This document shows, one piece after another, positions 23,838 to 36,430 of a DNA stretch of 64,000 nucleotides. How positions within the stretch are numbered: the first letter of the stretch is position 1; each line of letters opens with the position of its first letter. The stretch is from Plasmodiophora brassicae. Lineage: Eukaryota. A program made the position numbers and the translations under genes. Under the pieces are notes generated by a model. That model did no database searches. It was not told where the DNA came from and saw only the letters and a program-made list of their open reading frames with translations. Where the stretch lies: contig CP145423.1 in NCBI GenBank assembly GCA_036867785.1, positions 806,001 to 870,000 of the forward strand. The letters run 5' to 3'.

Positions 23838-24558
23838 TACCGCGGCCCCGGCCCGGTGCCGACGAACCCGTCCACTCCATCGCCGAGGTCTACCGGGACT
23901 CGGGGCAAGGCCCGGTCATGGTGGATGTCTCAGGCAGACGTTGCTGCGGCGTCACCGCGTCATGTCGACCGGTACAACGAACGATATACTGACTCCAGCA
24001 CTGGCAGACCCATCAATTGCCGGCCGCCCATTGCGTTTCCCGAGCCGCATGACATCGGGATTTGTGTGGAGCCCCGAATTCAACGTTGGCCGAGAGCCGC
24101 CAGACGCCAAAAGCAGCGGTTGACGAATACAGTCGCGACCGGTCGAGTCTGTCCGACAATTTGCATCGAGTGATGCTCGGTATGAATCCACCGCTTGGCG
24201 CATGGTGACGAATGCATCGATGAGCAGGTCGACATGTAAGACAGGCCGGTTCTAGGCAGGAACGACAGAGGTCCCCGCCGCGAAGAGCCAGAACCAACGC
24301 GCGTGTATTGCCATGGCGCGACCATCAAGGGACAACGGCGGCGCTGGCCCAGTTACAGGCATGGCCATGAATGGCAGGCATAGACGCGGGCGATACCGGG
24401 CAGACAGGCAGTAGACTCACGCGCGTGTGCCCCATGTGCGACAGACGGAACGTTGGGGCACACGTTCAAGTACGGTTCGTCGGTACCTCTATTGAATATC
24501 CACGTCGCTGCCCGGGGTCGATCGAACGGCGACGCGCGCGTCACCTGCAAAGCACACT

Positions 24559-27500
24559 ATGCGGTCGGCATGGGTGCTGCTGGCGGCGGCGACGTTGCTG
24601 GCGGCCCGGTTGGACGCGTTCATCGCCGGCGTCACCGTCCAGCAGATCCTGGACCTGATGAACAGCGCGCGTGCCAACGTGGTGCCGACAGCGGCCCAGA
24701 TGGTCAAGTTGCAATGGGACGCGTCGCTGGCGTCGGCGGCGGCCAGCTACGCTGCCACACAGTGCTCGGGCGCCTTTAGCGGCGCCGGCCCCACCTGCGC
24801 CAACTGTGTCACCTGGATCGCCGACGCCGAGTTGCCGTCGTACGGGTCGCAGGGCATCCTCGACATCATTGCCGGCAACTTCATCGCTGGGGTACGTGAT
24901 CGGCCCGGTCGTGTCGCTCCAGTTGTCGTGCCCGTAATGACGATGGGGGGCGCCCCTGCGGTGTAGAAATCGATGTGGCCGTGCACACAGTCGGGCTCGA
25001 CGCTGACATGTTCCTGCTCTGGCGGCGGCTGCTACGACGACTGGAACAACCTGGTCAACGATGCGGCGACGGCCGTCGGGTGCGGCGAGCAGACGTCGAC
25101 CGCATGCGGCAAATCGAACAACATCTACGTGTGCGTGTACGTGCCCCCGTTCCCCCCTGCGTCGTCTGATGATTGGCTGTCGGCGTGCTGAATGCTCTGC
25201 TGGCAGGTTCAACGGGTGGACGTCGGACGCGCATCCGTACACGCCATCGGTGACGAATTCGTCGTGCACAAAGGGCACCTGCCCGTCGGCCTACCCGGTC
25301 TGTATCGACGGCCTGTGCACGGCCAGGACGACCACGAAACGCCCCACGACGAGGCGCCCGACTACCAAACGCCCGACAACAAGACGCCCGACAAGGCGCC
25401 CGACGACGCGGCGGCCCAGTACAAGACGCCCAACGACGCGACGGGCCACAACAAGGCGCCCGACTACACGACGCCCAACAACTAGGCGCCCGACAACAAG
25501 GCGCCCAACAACAAGGCGCCCGACAACAAGGCGTCCGACAACAAGGCGCCCGACAACAAGGCGCCCAACAACAAGGCATCCGACAACAAGGCGTCCGACA
25601 ACAAGGCGCCCGACGACACGCCGCCCAACAACAAGGCGCCCGACAACACGACGGCCAACGACGCGACGTCCTTCGACACGACGTCCTACGACACGACGCC
25701 CGTCAACCAGACGGCCAACCACGAAACGCGTCTCAACAAGGCGGCCAACAACAAGGGACCAATCCACCTTGCGTCCGAGGTCTACCACCAGAAGACTGGC
25801 TACGCGACGGGCTACGTCGGGGCAGTCGGCAAGCCGCTCTAAAACGAGGCGCCCTGCAACGAATCGTCCAACAAGCGGAAACCCGACCCTCCGGCGCACG
25901 ACCAGCAGACGCCCATCCTCGAGGAGGATAACAACACGGCGGCAGACTACGAATCGCCCGACTACACGACGACCTAGACAGCGCTCATCAACGGGACGGA
26001 CCGCAACGAGGCGCCCGGCGACAGGTACGAGGCGCGCAGGTACAATGCGACCCACGACAAGGCAGCCGACGACACATCAACCCACGGCGAGGCACCGGAC
26101 AGCAAGGTCGTCGCCGAAGTCGACGACGCGGCCAACTTCATTCCAGCACACAACGGGACACCCGTCTAGTCGAAGGACAAGGCACCCCGCGACAGCGCAG
26201 CCGACCGCAGGCCGCTTCTCACCAAGACGGTCGACCACCAGGAAGCCGTCAACGGGACTGCCGAGGTCCGCTTCAACGACGGCAAGGTACCGGACGCATA
26301 CGAAGCAGCGGACGACTACATGGCGACCTTCAACAGGTTGGTGGCTCATGCCACGTACGAGACATTGTGCATGACTTTGCAGCAGGGGCGCCGTTCTGGG
26401 TTCGCCTTCAAGCACCGACCGTGCTGGATCCGTCCACGTCGCTGGCCCTGTACGCCACGATTGCGCCCGGCTTCGACCGTCGACTGCTGACCACGTCGTG
26501 GACATGCGATACGCTGGACCTGTCGCCCGCATCCGGGAACGTCCTGACGTCGCCGACGGACACGTTGTCGCTCGTTCTGGCACCGAACGCCCTGCAGTAC
26601 GCCACGTCGTACCGGTTCACGATCACAGCGCGCCTGGCAACGTCAACATCCAGCGCCTCGGCCACGATCGTGATTCCGCCGCGACCCACCGGCGGCGTCG
26701 TCAACGTCACCTGGGCGGGAGGACGGCCCGTCGAATTGTCGACCGTGTTCAACATCAGCACCCGGGGATGGCAGGCCGCCGGCGCCCCTCTGGAATTCGT
26801 CTTCTCGTACGTGGTCGTCGGGCGCGCATCTGGGATCAGCGAATTCAACATCGGGACGGCCGCACCGACGTCCACATCGGCCCTCACGACGTTGCCATCG
26901 GGCGACCCCGTCCGCGTTCTCGTTCGCGCCATTGCACCCGGGTCCCGCGTCCGATCCGCTCCCGTCTGGATCGACATCGTTGTGCAGCGCGCCTCGACAC
27001 AGCAAGTGCTCGACAGCGTCCTTTCGTCAGCAACGGGCGCTGTCGGGCCACCACAGGTCGTCATGAACCGGTTGCAATCGGCCACGCTGGCCCTGAACGC
27101 CGTCTCCAACTATTCCACGTCGGCGAACTCGTCGTCGGCCGTTGTGGCCGCCCGATCTGCCCTCATATCGACGTTGGTGACGGCGTGCTCCAATGCCAGC
27201 AACGTCAACGCTGACAGTGCCGCTGTTCTGCTGGGGACGCTGACCGCCCAGCCTGAGCAGCTGTCGGTCAACGCCACCCAGCAGGTCATGGCGTTCGCCG
27301 GCACGCTCGTCCAGCAATCCCTGTCGAGCACGACATCGCTGTCGTTGCAAGGGTTGACCGCGGTGGCCCAGTCGGTGTCATCGGCCATGACCGCCGTGCG
27401 TCTGACCAACGCGACGTCGTCGGCAACGTCGGTGGTCCAGCACGCCGTCGTCGACCTGATCGCCTCAGCGCAGGTCGCCACGACTCAGCCGTGCCGACCC

Positions 27501-29444
27501 GCCTCGACGATATCGACGGCGAACTTCCGATCGCACGCCTGGTCCCTGGACGGCCTGGCCCACGTCAACGGCACTTGTGCGGCGACAGGAGCCCAAGAGT
27601 CGTCGGTCGTCCTGCCGCCCGATTTCTGGTCGGCCATGAACGTCAGCGGAGACGTTGGCGTGCAGATGACCGTCTGGGTGGACAACCCACACACGTCGGC
27701 CCGTCTGGTGAACGGGGCATCGCCCGTCACCACCGTCCGCACGTTCAGGATCAGGTCGCCGCCAGCAGCCGTAGCAGCAGCAACGTCATCGCCCGAGCTC
27801 ATCGTCGTGCGCAGCCTGTCGTCGGGTTCGCCCATCAACGTGTCGTTAACGCCCACAGCAACAGCAGCCGCCGCAGGATTCGCCTCGTTGTCGTCCTGCC
27901 CGTCGACGTCCCTATCGCCTCCGGTCTGCGTCACGTTCGACAGCGCTGGGCAGAACTGGACCACGGCCGGGTGCACGACGTCCATCATGCCGAAGTCGTC
28001 GGGCGACAGCAATGCGACAGCAACGGTGACGTGCTCGTGCACGCACCTGACCGACTTCGCCCTGGTCATGTACCTGGAGGAGGCGCAACCGGGGCCAACT
28101 GGGTGTGGCGGCCGCCCCGGTCGATTCGTCGATCAGCAGGCCCTGGCGGACGTGATCAGCAACGCGAACGCCATCCACCGCGTGTTCCTGGTCCTGTACA
28201 TCTGCACGGCCTGCATCGCCCTGGTGCTTGTGACCCGCGCCCGACGACACATCACCAAGGTGCACGCCCGCCGATCCGTCTACGTCCTGCTATCGTTGTC
28301 CATCGTGGTCTGCGCCGCCCGCTCGGCCATCAGCGCCTTCAACCTGTCGCTGGACACGGCCATCGTGACGATCGCCGTCCTGTCGGTCCTGCCGTCCATG
28401 TGCGAGTTCTTCCTGCTGACCTACTTCATCCTGATGATCTGGTCGATCGGCGACCGCATCAGGCGGATGTCGACCAGCGTGCCCAAGAACGTCCTGAGCG
28501 GCATCGCCAGGCCCTATTTCGTGGGCAACTCGGTGATCTGCCTGGCCATCCCCGCCCTGGTCGTCTGTGGCGTCATCTTTGGCGCCCAGGACAACGATGC
28601 CCTTGTGTTCGGAACGGTCCCGCTGTACACGTTCCTGTTCGACGCGGCGTCCGCCCTCGTCGCCGTCGTCTGCCTGCTGTGCGGCACCTACTTCCTGTAC
28701 TACAGCCGGGCCATGCTGAAGACGTTGCTGGAAGCGGCCGGCACGATCGTCAGGCAGCTGCAAGGGCAGGCGGCGTCGTACCGGAAGGTGGGCCGGTTCG
28801 TCTTCACCGTCTGCACCATGTTCTCGTCGGCCCTCTGCATCGAGAGCGCCCTGTGGCTGCTGTCCGTTATCGCCCCACAAATCTACCTGGCCGGGTTCGT
28901 CGTGTTCTACGCCCTGTTCCTGGCCTGCGACCTCGTCTGCGTCCTGCTCGTCGTCGTGTTCTGCTTCAGGACTGTGGCGACCGCCGCCCAGGCCAGCGCT
29001 GCCGGGTCGGATAGCGCCGGCGCAAGCCATGCCAAGCGAGGGCAGCACCACGATGCGCAGATCTCGTTGCAGAACGGGTCCAGGACCGTGCGCCCTATGG
29101 CGACCAGTGCACTACGATCGCATCGACCGAATCAGAGTTCCGCATCGATCGCCGTCTCGCTTGGCACCGTGTCGTCCGGGGAATTCCCTCCCGTCGCCGG
29201 CGAGGCCACCACGACCAGCATGCCGGACGTCGTCGCCGACCTCGGCCATGGTCCTCCTCCGCTATTCACGAACCGGGCCAAGCTCGACGCGGAAGCGGCC
29301 ATGGACGTTCTGGAGTCGACCATGGAACACGCGTTGTCGCACGTGCGCGTGCCGGCCAGGGATCCCGTTGACATCGTCGTCCCCGGCTATCACTCCGTCC
29401 GTTCAGTGTCGCAGATCAGCGACGCGTTCGGCACACCCGCCTGA
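24559..29444 (+). CDS. Adhesion-GPCR/polycystin-like receptor, copy 3, with intermediate stalk (~1564 aa)
   Basis: Exons 24559-24891, 24967-25136, 25207-26336 and 26383-29444 join in phase. GPS CSCTHLTDF at ~28032-28058, then 7TM. Confidence 0.85.
25325..26336 (+). repeat. Coding (RRPTT)n minisatellite of receptor copy 3
   Basis: acaaggcgcccgaca-type 15-mers at ~25350-25750, decaying into R/T/S/P-rich sequence. Confidence 0.9.
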
Positions 29445-29640
29445 GCCGCCCAGGAACATCACGCTCGGTGATGACGTCATCAGATCCCCTCGATCGCACC
29501 TCACCACTGGCGAGTTCGGGTGGGGCGCCCCATGTCATTCACAACAATGCAATACTGTCGACAGCACTGCTCGTCTGTTCGCCACTGATCGGATCCATCG
29601 CGAGCGTGGTTCTATAGAGGAAGGGTGTGTGGCCCCTCGT

Positions 29641-32314
29641 TCAGGGGATGTACGAATCGGAGACGTCCTCGCTCGCATCGTGGCTGGCCGGCAGGGCCAG
29701 GTCGTCGACATGGATGCCCCGGGCGGACAGGACGTGATTCTGGAGGTGGAAGTCGAGCGCGGCGTGCCCCGGGCCGCCGTGCTGGTGCACCGCCACCGGC
29801 GTCCCCGCCGACCCCGACCTGGCCAGCACTATCACAAACCGACGTCAGCACCCATCACTGCCCAGGCAGTTGCACGAGCAACAGGCCCTGGCCTCGGTGA
29901 GCGGCAGAATCGCTGCCCGGCATGGCGAACCCGTCGGACGACACCGAACGGGCCGACGACGACGTCAGGGTGGCACCGGCGCCGTCCGGGCCCGGCGCGT
30001 CGGTGACCTGCGCGAACTGGTCGGGCGCCCACGAGTTCAGACGGTTGCCCAGGATGGCGGCGCCGTGCTCGAACGGCACCTATGCGAGCGCGCACGTGTG
30101 CCCCCCGGTTCAGTACCGGGCCGGCGCGTACGTGCGCCGCCACACGCATTGTCACCTCGTTGCTCATCAGGATGGCGCCCCGCATGTAGCGCACGCAGGC
30201 GTCGAGCGCGAACTCGATCTCGCAGGCGTGCTTGACCTCGGCAAGCTTCCGCCAGGTCAGCACCTCGGTACGGCGCGTGCAATCCTGCAGGCGCTCCGGC
30301 GTCGGGTTCGACAGCAGGAACAGGTAGTCGGAGGGGCGGAAGTCGGGCAGGATCGTGATGTCGCCCGTGTACGTCTGCCCGAACGCCGCCGGGATGATCG
30401 TCAGCCTGCCGAACGCGGGCAGGACCAGCGTGGCGTTCTGGAACAGCAGCATGATCGTGTGGCGCAGCTGCTCGCCCAGGTAGGTGCACAGGTGGACGAG
30501 GACGCCGCCGATCGACCGGACGCGCCACTCCTTGCGGACGGCGAACGGGATCACGTGCGGGTTCACCTGCGACACGATGTACATGTTGACGTTGAACAGC
30601 TCGGCGAGGCGCTTCATGGGCAGGTCGGAGTGGAAGCTCCCGTCCGACCAGCGCACGCCCCGCGTGTAGTACGGCACGATCTTCCCCGTCCGGCTGTCCT
30701 TCATCTGCAACTCGACCGACTCGTAAAAGTAGGGGATGGCCGAGCTGGCGACGGCGGCGCTCCACAGGACGACGTCGGGCGACGTCAGGTAGTTCAGCAG
30801 GCGCGGCACCTCCTTGGACGAGTTGGCGGGCGCCACGACAATGTTGGTGACGCGGCCGGATCGCGCGTACGCCTCGGCGAACGTGATGTCGCCAATGTTG
30901 GCGCGCAGGCACCGGGCCAGCGTGCGCACGTCGAACACGACGCCCGTGTTCAGCAGGCGGTACAGCTTGCGGAAGACGGCGCCGGTAATGGGCGGGAACA
31001 GGTCCAGGTTGACGCGCCCGGGGTCGGTCACGTGGTCCAGCTCCTCGTCGGTCATGGCGCCGACCCAGGAGGCGATGATGGCGCCGGCGCTGGCCCCCGA
31101 GATGATCTTGGGCAGCAGGCGGTTCTCGTGCAGCGCCTTGATCACGCCGACGTGGTAGCAGCCGAACGAGGCGCCCCCGCTCAGCATCAGCGCCGAGCGG
31201 CCCATCGAGTGCCGCGTCTCGTTGAAGAACGCCAGCTTCTGCCGGATGGTGACGCTCGGCGTGTTCTCCAGCGCCACCAGGTTCAGGGCGCGCACGACCT
31301 GCGGCACGTGTCAGACGCCGCCTGTTGCTAGCATCGACGACGACGACGACGACGACGACTACCTCTTCCTGGAACTCCTCGATCAACCGTTTCGTGCCGG
31401 CGCGCAGGTGGGCGAACAGGCGCTTGTGGCCGGTGCCGGCAATGTTCCGGAGCAGGCGCGACCTGCCGGCCAACCAACCCGGTTCAACGATAGCGCTGAC
31501 AAGGCGGCGAGCAGGTCGCCGTACCTCATGTACGACATGATGCCGAGGACGTCCTTGGCGTCGATCAGCTGGCGTATGTCGGCCAGCATGCGCTCGATGC
31601 GCTTGTAGTCGTACAGGGCGCTCTCCGGGTCGTCCTTCCACCTGTACCGGCCCTTCAGCACGTCGACCTCGTCGGCGTACAGCTTCCACCTGGACAGGGG
31701 ACACGCGAGTCAGCGTTGCCGGCCCGATGGTCGCGCGCTCCTCGCCCTCCCGTACTGTGCATAGGTCTCGGCATCGCGCATCTGGTCGCTCAGCATCCGG
31801 ATGCGACGGTAATGCCCGGAGCCGAACGCCAGGGCGACCTTCTCCTTGACGTAGTGCCCGAGCGCCTTGTACCACCGGCGCGACGACTGCGACGGTCGAT
31901 CGTCAGGCGTCGCTGATGAACGAGGGGAGCCGCCACCCAGCCAAGACGAGGTACCCTGTAGACGATGAACAGGGCGTAGAACGTGACGAACGCCTGCAGG
32001 TGCTGTCGGGCGAGGGTGAACACCATCGCGGGCGAGAACAGGCGATTGAGCCAGGACGCGATCATCAGCAGGGCGAGCCAGGCGGCGGGCAGGGCCGTCC
32101 TCGTCGCGTACCGGTACGTCCGGCGGAGGATCGGGGCGCGCCCGACGACCCGCTGCAGGGCCTGTGCACACGCGGCACGTCAGCGAACGGGATCAGGGCG
32201 GCCAGGGCCCGGGCCCCGTACCACGACCGATGACGACTGCATGACGCCGTCCAGCGACAGGTACAGGACGTCGACGGCCGCCTCGACGACCTTGCGGATG
32301 TCGTGGAAGCCCAT
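29641..32314 (-). CDS. Patatin-like triacylglycerol lipase (SDP1/TGL3-4 family), multi-exon
   Basis: GRSALMLSGGASFGCYHVGV, nucleophile IISGASAG, ITFAEAYARSGR, PRLLNYLTSPDV, WSDGS (catalytic Asp), LAELFNVNMYIVSQVNPH, and an N-terminal DUF3336-like region (GTKRLIEEF). Terminal exon approximate. Confidence 0.9.
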
Positions 32315-32576
32315 GGCAACGCGCGCGCGCGCGATCGACGACGACGACGACAGACGTCGAAAGGTCCCGCCCGCGTCCGAGTCCACCGGGCCATCCTGTC
32401 ACACGTGGCACAGGGCGCTCTTTCATCAGCGCTCGTCACCACGGTCGGCGAAAGCGCCCCTCGCACGCTCCACCTCGTAGCGCCAGCGACGGGGACGCTC
32501 TCGAACGATACCCATCGATGGCAACTAGACCTGGAGAAGCGCGCTTCGCTGGTCGCCGGAAGCGACCGGCCGTTCA

Positions 32577-35500
32577 TTAAGGACGATCGGGTGACGGAGA
32601 CCGCCCGTCGACGACGCTCGCTTTGTGGTCGTCGCCAGCGACGTCGTCGTCGTCACGACAGCTCCACAGTCGCCAGTTCTGTTCCAGCGTCTTGGTGGAC
32701 AGGCCTGCGAAGTGCCGAGCGAACGACGCGTCATGCGCAAAGTACCTGCCCGCGAACGCGAACGAGTACAGCAGGAGGAACGGGAAACGCGACGTGAAGT
32801 AGAACAGGAACCCGGACGGGTACTCGCCTAACGACGCCTGATGCAGACAGAGCATGGTTCAACGGCGAGCAGCAACGGGCGTCGTCGACCAGGTCGCCGA
32901 CAAACCTGGACGTCGACGGGCAGATCCCGGTAGTGGTTCTTCTTGTTGCGGATGACACGTAGGCAATCGCGAATCGACCCGAAGTTGTACTTCCGGTACT
33001 TGCCGAGGTTGTCGAGCAGGGCCGGATCGATGGCGCGGTCCCACGACCGCCCGACGACTCGAGGCGCCTGGCACTCGAGCGCCGTGCGGATCGGCGATTC
33101 CGGCTTCTCGACCTCGACCCGGTCAGACATTTCTTGCAGAAACTGCCAGGAGCGCACCTCGTCAGCGGCACGAACGACGGCCCGCGCGTTCACAGGCAAA
33201 CGCCGCACCTCGAGTTTCGCTTCGTCCGACCAGAAGAACGGGTGCTTGAGAATCTCGGCGCAGGACGGCCTAGGCATCGCGCGGTCAGTCGGCCGGGAAT
33301 GCACGACAAGAACGGAAACCCCCCACCGCTGCTCTGGAACAATGCTGATCATGGCCTGGATGAGATTGACGGCCTCGGGCAGGTGACGTATGCGGTCGAG
33401 ATTGTATGCCCCCTTGAGGATGGCAGCGTCTCGCTGATAACTGGGACCGCAGGTCGGATACGACAAATAGGAACAGACGTGTCCAGCGGCACGTACCTGT
33501 CCCCGAACGGGTGCTGGCCGCGTGTGAGCACGTAATAAATAATGCATCCCACTGAGAAGATGTCGACGGATCGGGTCAACCTGGACGTATCTACGCGGGA
33601 CTGTGTCAGGACGATCATCGTCGTCGACGACCGACACTGGCGCCCGCAGCACCAACCTGGCTGCATGAACTCTGCCGCATGCCATCCGGTGCTCCCGCCG
33701 CCAGCGCTGGCGAAATCAAACGACGACCTGCTCTGCTCCAGCCGGGTGGACAACCCCATGTCGGCGATCTTTGCTCTACAGGTACGAGGTTAGCGTCGTG
33801 ACGTCAATGACGCCTGACGGCCTTACTTTAGATCTTCGGTGATTAATATGTTGGCCGGCTTCAGATCCTACAGGCATCATCATCCGGATTAGTGTGGCTG
33901 GCAGGGCGACGCCAGCCGGACACGGTGCAACCTTGTGCACAATCGACATTGAATGCAGGTAGTGCAAGCCGCCGATGATCTCCGAGAGGAGGCGCAGCGT
34001 GACTGGTAGAGGCGCGCCAGTTGACGATAGCAGGGGCGGAACCGACGACGCTGTTCCGCTAACGACGTCACCTAGCAGAGAGCGTATCCGCTGTCAGTAC
34101 TGGCCGATCCCAACGCGACACGTGCGAAACGTACCCAGCGAGCACATGCACCGCTCGATGGCTACATAGATGAAGTTGTCGTCATCTTCACGTGCAAAGT
34201 ACCGCAGGACGGCCGGGTGGCTATCGCTTTCGATCATCAGCGATATCTCACGGCTGGCATGACTGTACAAGTGTCGCTGCAATCGTTTCACAGCAACAGG
34301 ACGCCCTGGTCACCGACGTTCAGTGTACAGATACGAGCTGACAAAGACCCACGAAATAGACCATACCTTCAAAGAACCCGTCGAACACAATGGTCCCTTG
34401 GCTGCCAAGCCCGAGCAGCGACCTTGTCTGGATCGATATTTTCCCAATGGCCAATACGCCCGAGGCGTTCGAAGGCTGTTGCGTCTGGGAAACGGGTTCC
34501 GAAGGCGCAGGCGATATAGCAGTCGCCGAAGTAATGGGCGCTGCGTCATCCGGCTTCACAGTAGCGGGGCGCCTGTGCACGGCGACCCAGATGGCCAGCG
34601 CGACAATGACGCAGGCAATCGCAATAAGGATGCGGTGGGTCGACGTTGGCAGGTTGACAGTGATGTGGATACTGTCGCCGACACGGCCGTGCGGTGGCCT
34701 CGGTGGTTCAGGTAACGGCAGCGCCTGACGATGTTCTTCGGGCATGGCGAGCTCCTGAGGCGGTTGCGGTGCAGGTAACAGATGTGTAAACTGCCGGCGG
34801 TCGATGACTCCGCGTTTCTGCAGACGAGCGTAAGAAGCGCGGTTGCCGTTGCTCACAACGAACGCCTGGCCCGTCCTGGGTACCCGAGCGACAACTGGAG
34901 CTGGACAGGCGCACCTGTCAGCCGACGGTAAACGAAGTGGCACGGGAAGACGTACTGTCGTGGGTGCGAAGCAGGGTCGTCGTGCTGCCCATCGATTTCA
35001 CGTTCGCATACCGATGCGGGACGCGGACGATGTCGGATCGCACCTGGGCGTGCACAGACGCCAGGCACGAGCCGAGCTTAACCTTCCACAGGACTGCATG
35101 CGTCTGCCGGTCACGCGCCCAGACGTGGCCGCTCGACGAAGCGAATATCTCAGGTAGCGTATCTGACCAGCGGGTCGTCAGACACGGCCCAAAGGTTACG
35201 ATTCACAGGGCAGCCGGACCGAACGCCGTGTCGTCCGCATTGTGCAGGAACGACGTGATCTCGGAATACGATATGTTCCAGGAGGGCGCCAGCGGTTGCT
35301 GCAGGTCGATAGCACTGACGACGACGTCCGCCTTGCCGATCCAGAGCGTCCTCGACGGCATGGCCGGTTTGCCGGACGCGCACGTGTCATCCGAATCAGC
35401 GAACCCGGCGTCGGTATCATCGGGAGCCCCTACCGCACAGGCGTCAGCACACGTCGTCGATGGCGTGAACCGCGCCTGCTACCCCATCCGTCAGGAGAGA

Positions 35501-36019
35501 GGCGCTTGACGATCATGCCTGTGGTGCCGTCTACCAGCACGACATGCGAATGCTTCGTGGCAATGAATCGGGTGCCTTCGCTGGTCTGGAACGGGGTGCG
35601 CTCGGCAATCTCCTGCAACGACACGTCGATCGGTTCGACCTGCGTGATATTCAGACCATCATTGCACACACAGGGCCACCCGGCACGATTATCCTGACAG
35701 CGTCGCCGTTCATGTAGAACAGGTTGCCATCGACGCCGGGCAGGATGACGCCGGCCTGCGAGTCGCGGGACGCCCCGATCGGGATACCGTCGACGTGCGA
35801 CGCGGACAGGAACGGCGACTTGGAGGGGATCCGCCACAGGACGTTACCAGTGTCGGCCCGGATCGAGACGAGCATACCGTCGACGGCCGCCAGCAGCAGG
35901 CGCACGCCGGGCCGTGGCGGCGCCATCGGCAGCGCGTCCGTCCCGAACACGCCGGCGGCCAGCGCGCACGCGGCGACGATCAGCAAGGCGGCGGCCCACG
36001 TCATCGCGTCACGCGCCAT
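32577..36019 (-). CDS. IRE1: ER stress sensor kinase/endoribonuclease IRE1
   Basis: Signal peptide, luminal LAAVDG...TGNVLW...ILPGVDGNLF, TM ILIAIACVIVALAIWVAV, kinase LGLGSQGTIVF/REISLMIESDSHPAVLRYF/DMGLS/DIFSVGC, and KEN RNase LQEMSDRVE...YRKY...DCLRVIRNKKNHY. Confidence 0.93.
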
Positions 36020-36430
36020 GCTGCATTCCGGGCGGCAATGGCGGCGGCAACCCGTCGTCCGCGACAAGACTGCCACTGGCCCGTCGTCTAAAAATAGATC
36101 CAGGCCCGCGGACATATGGGGGATGCGCGGGGGGGCGCTACTGAACGGACCTGCCCCTGGTCACCGTTCGCCAAGGTCGCGTAGTCCACGAACATCGGGC
36201 AGCATGAACGAGGCCGAGTAATCCCCCCTCAGCTGAGATGATATCGGCCTGGACAGGTTGGTTGATACCCGTCAGGGTCAGCGGCGCGCGCCGTTCACGA
36301 ACTGCAATCACATTGTAGTCCAACGAAGCGCGCGCAGCCATCTGCGCAAGGCAGGCCCACATATTCCTTATTCGTACACGCCATATCGCAGCGTACGGAA
36401 CTCGGCATGCCTGTAACCAAAGGCGGCGGT

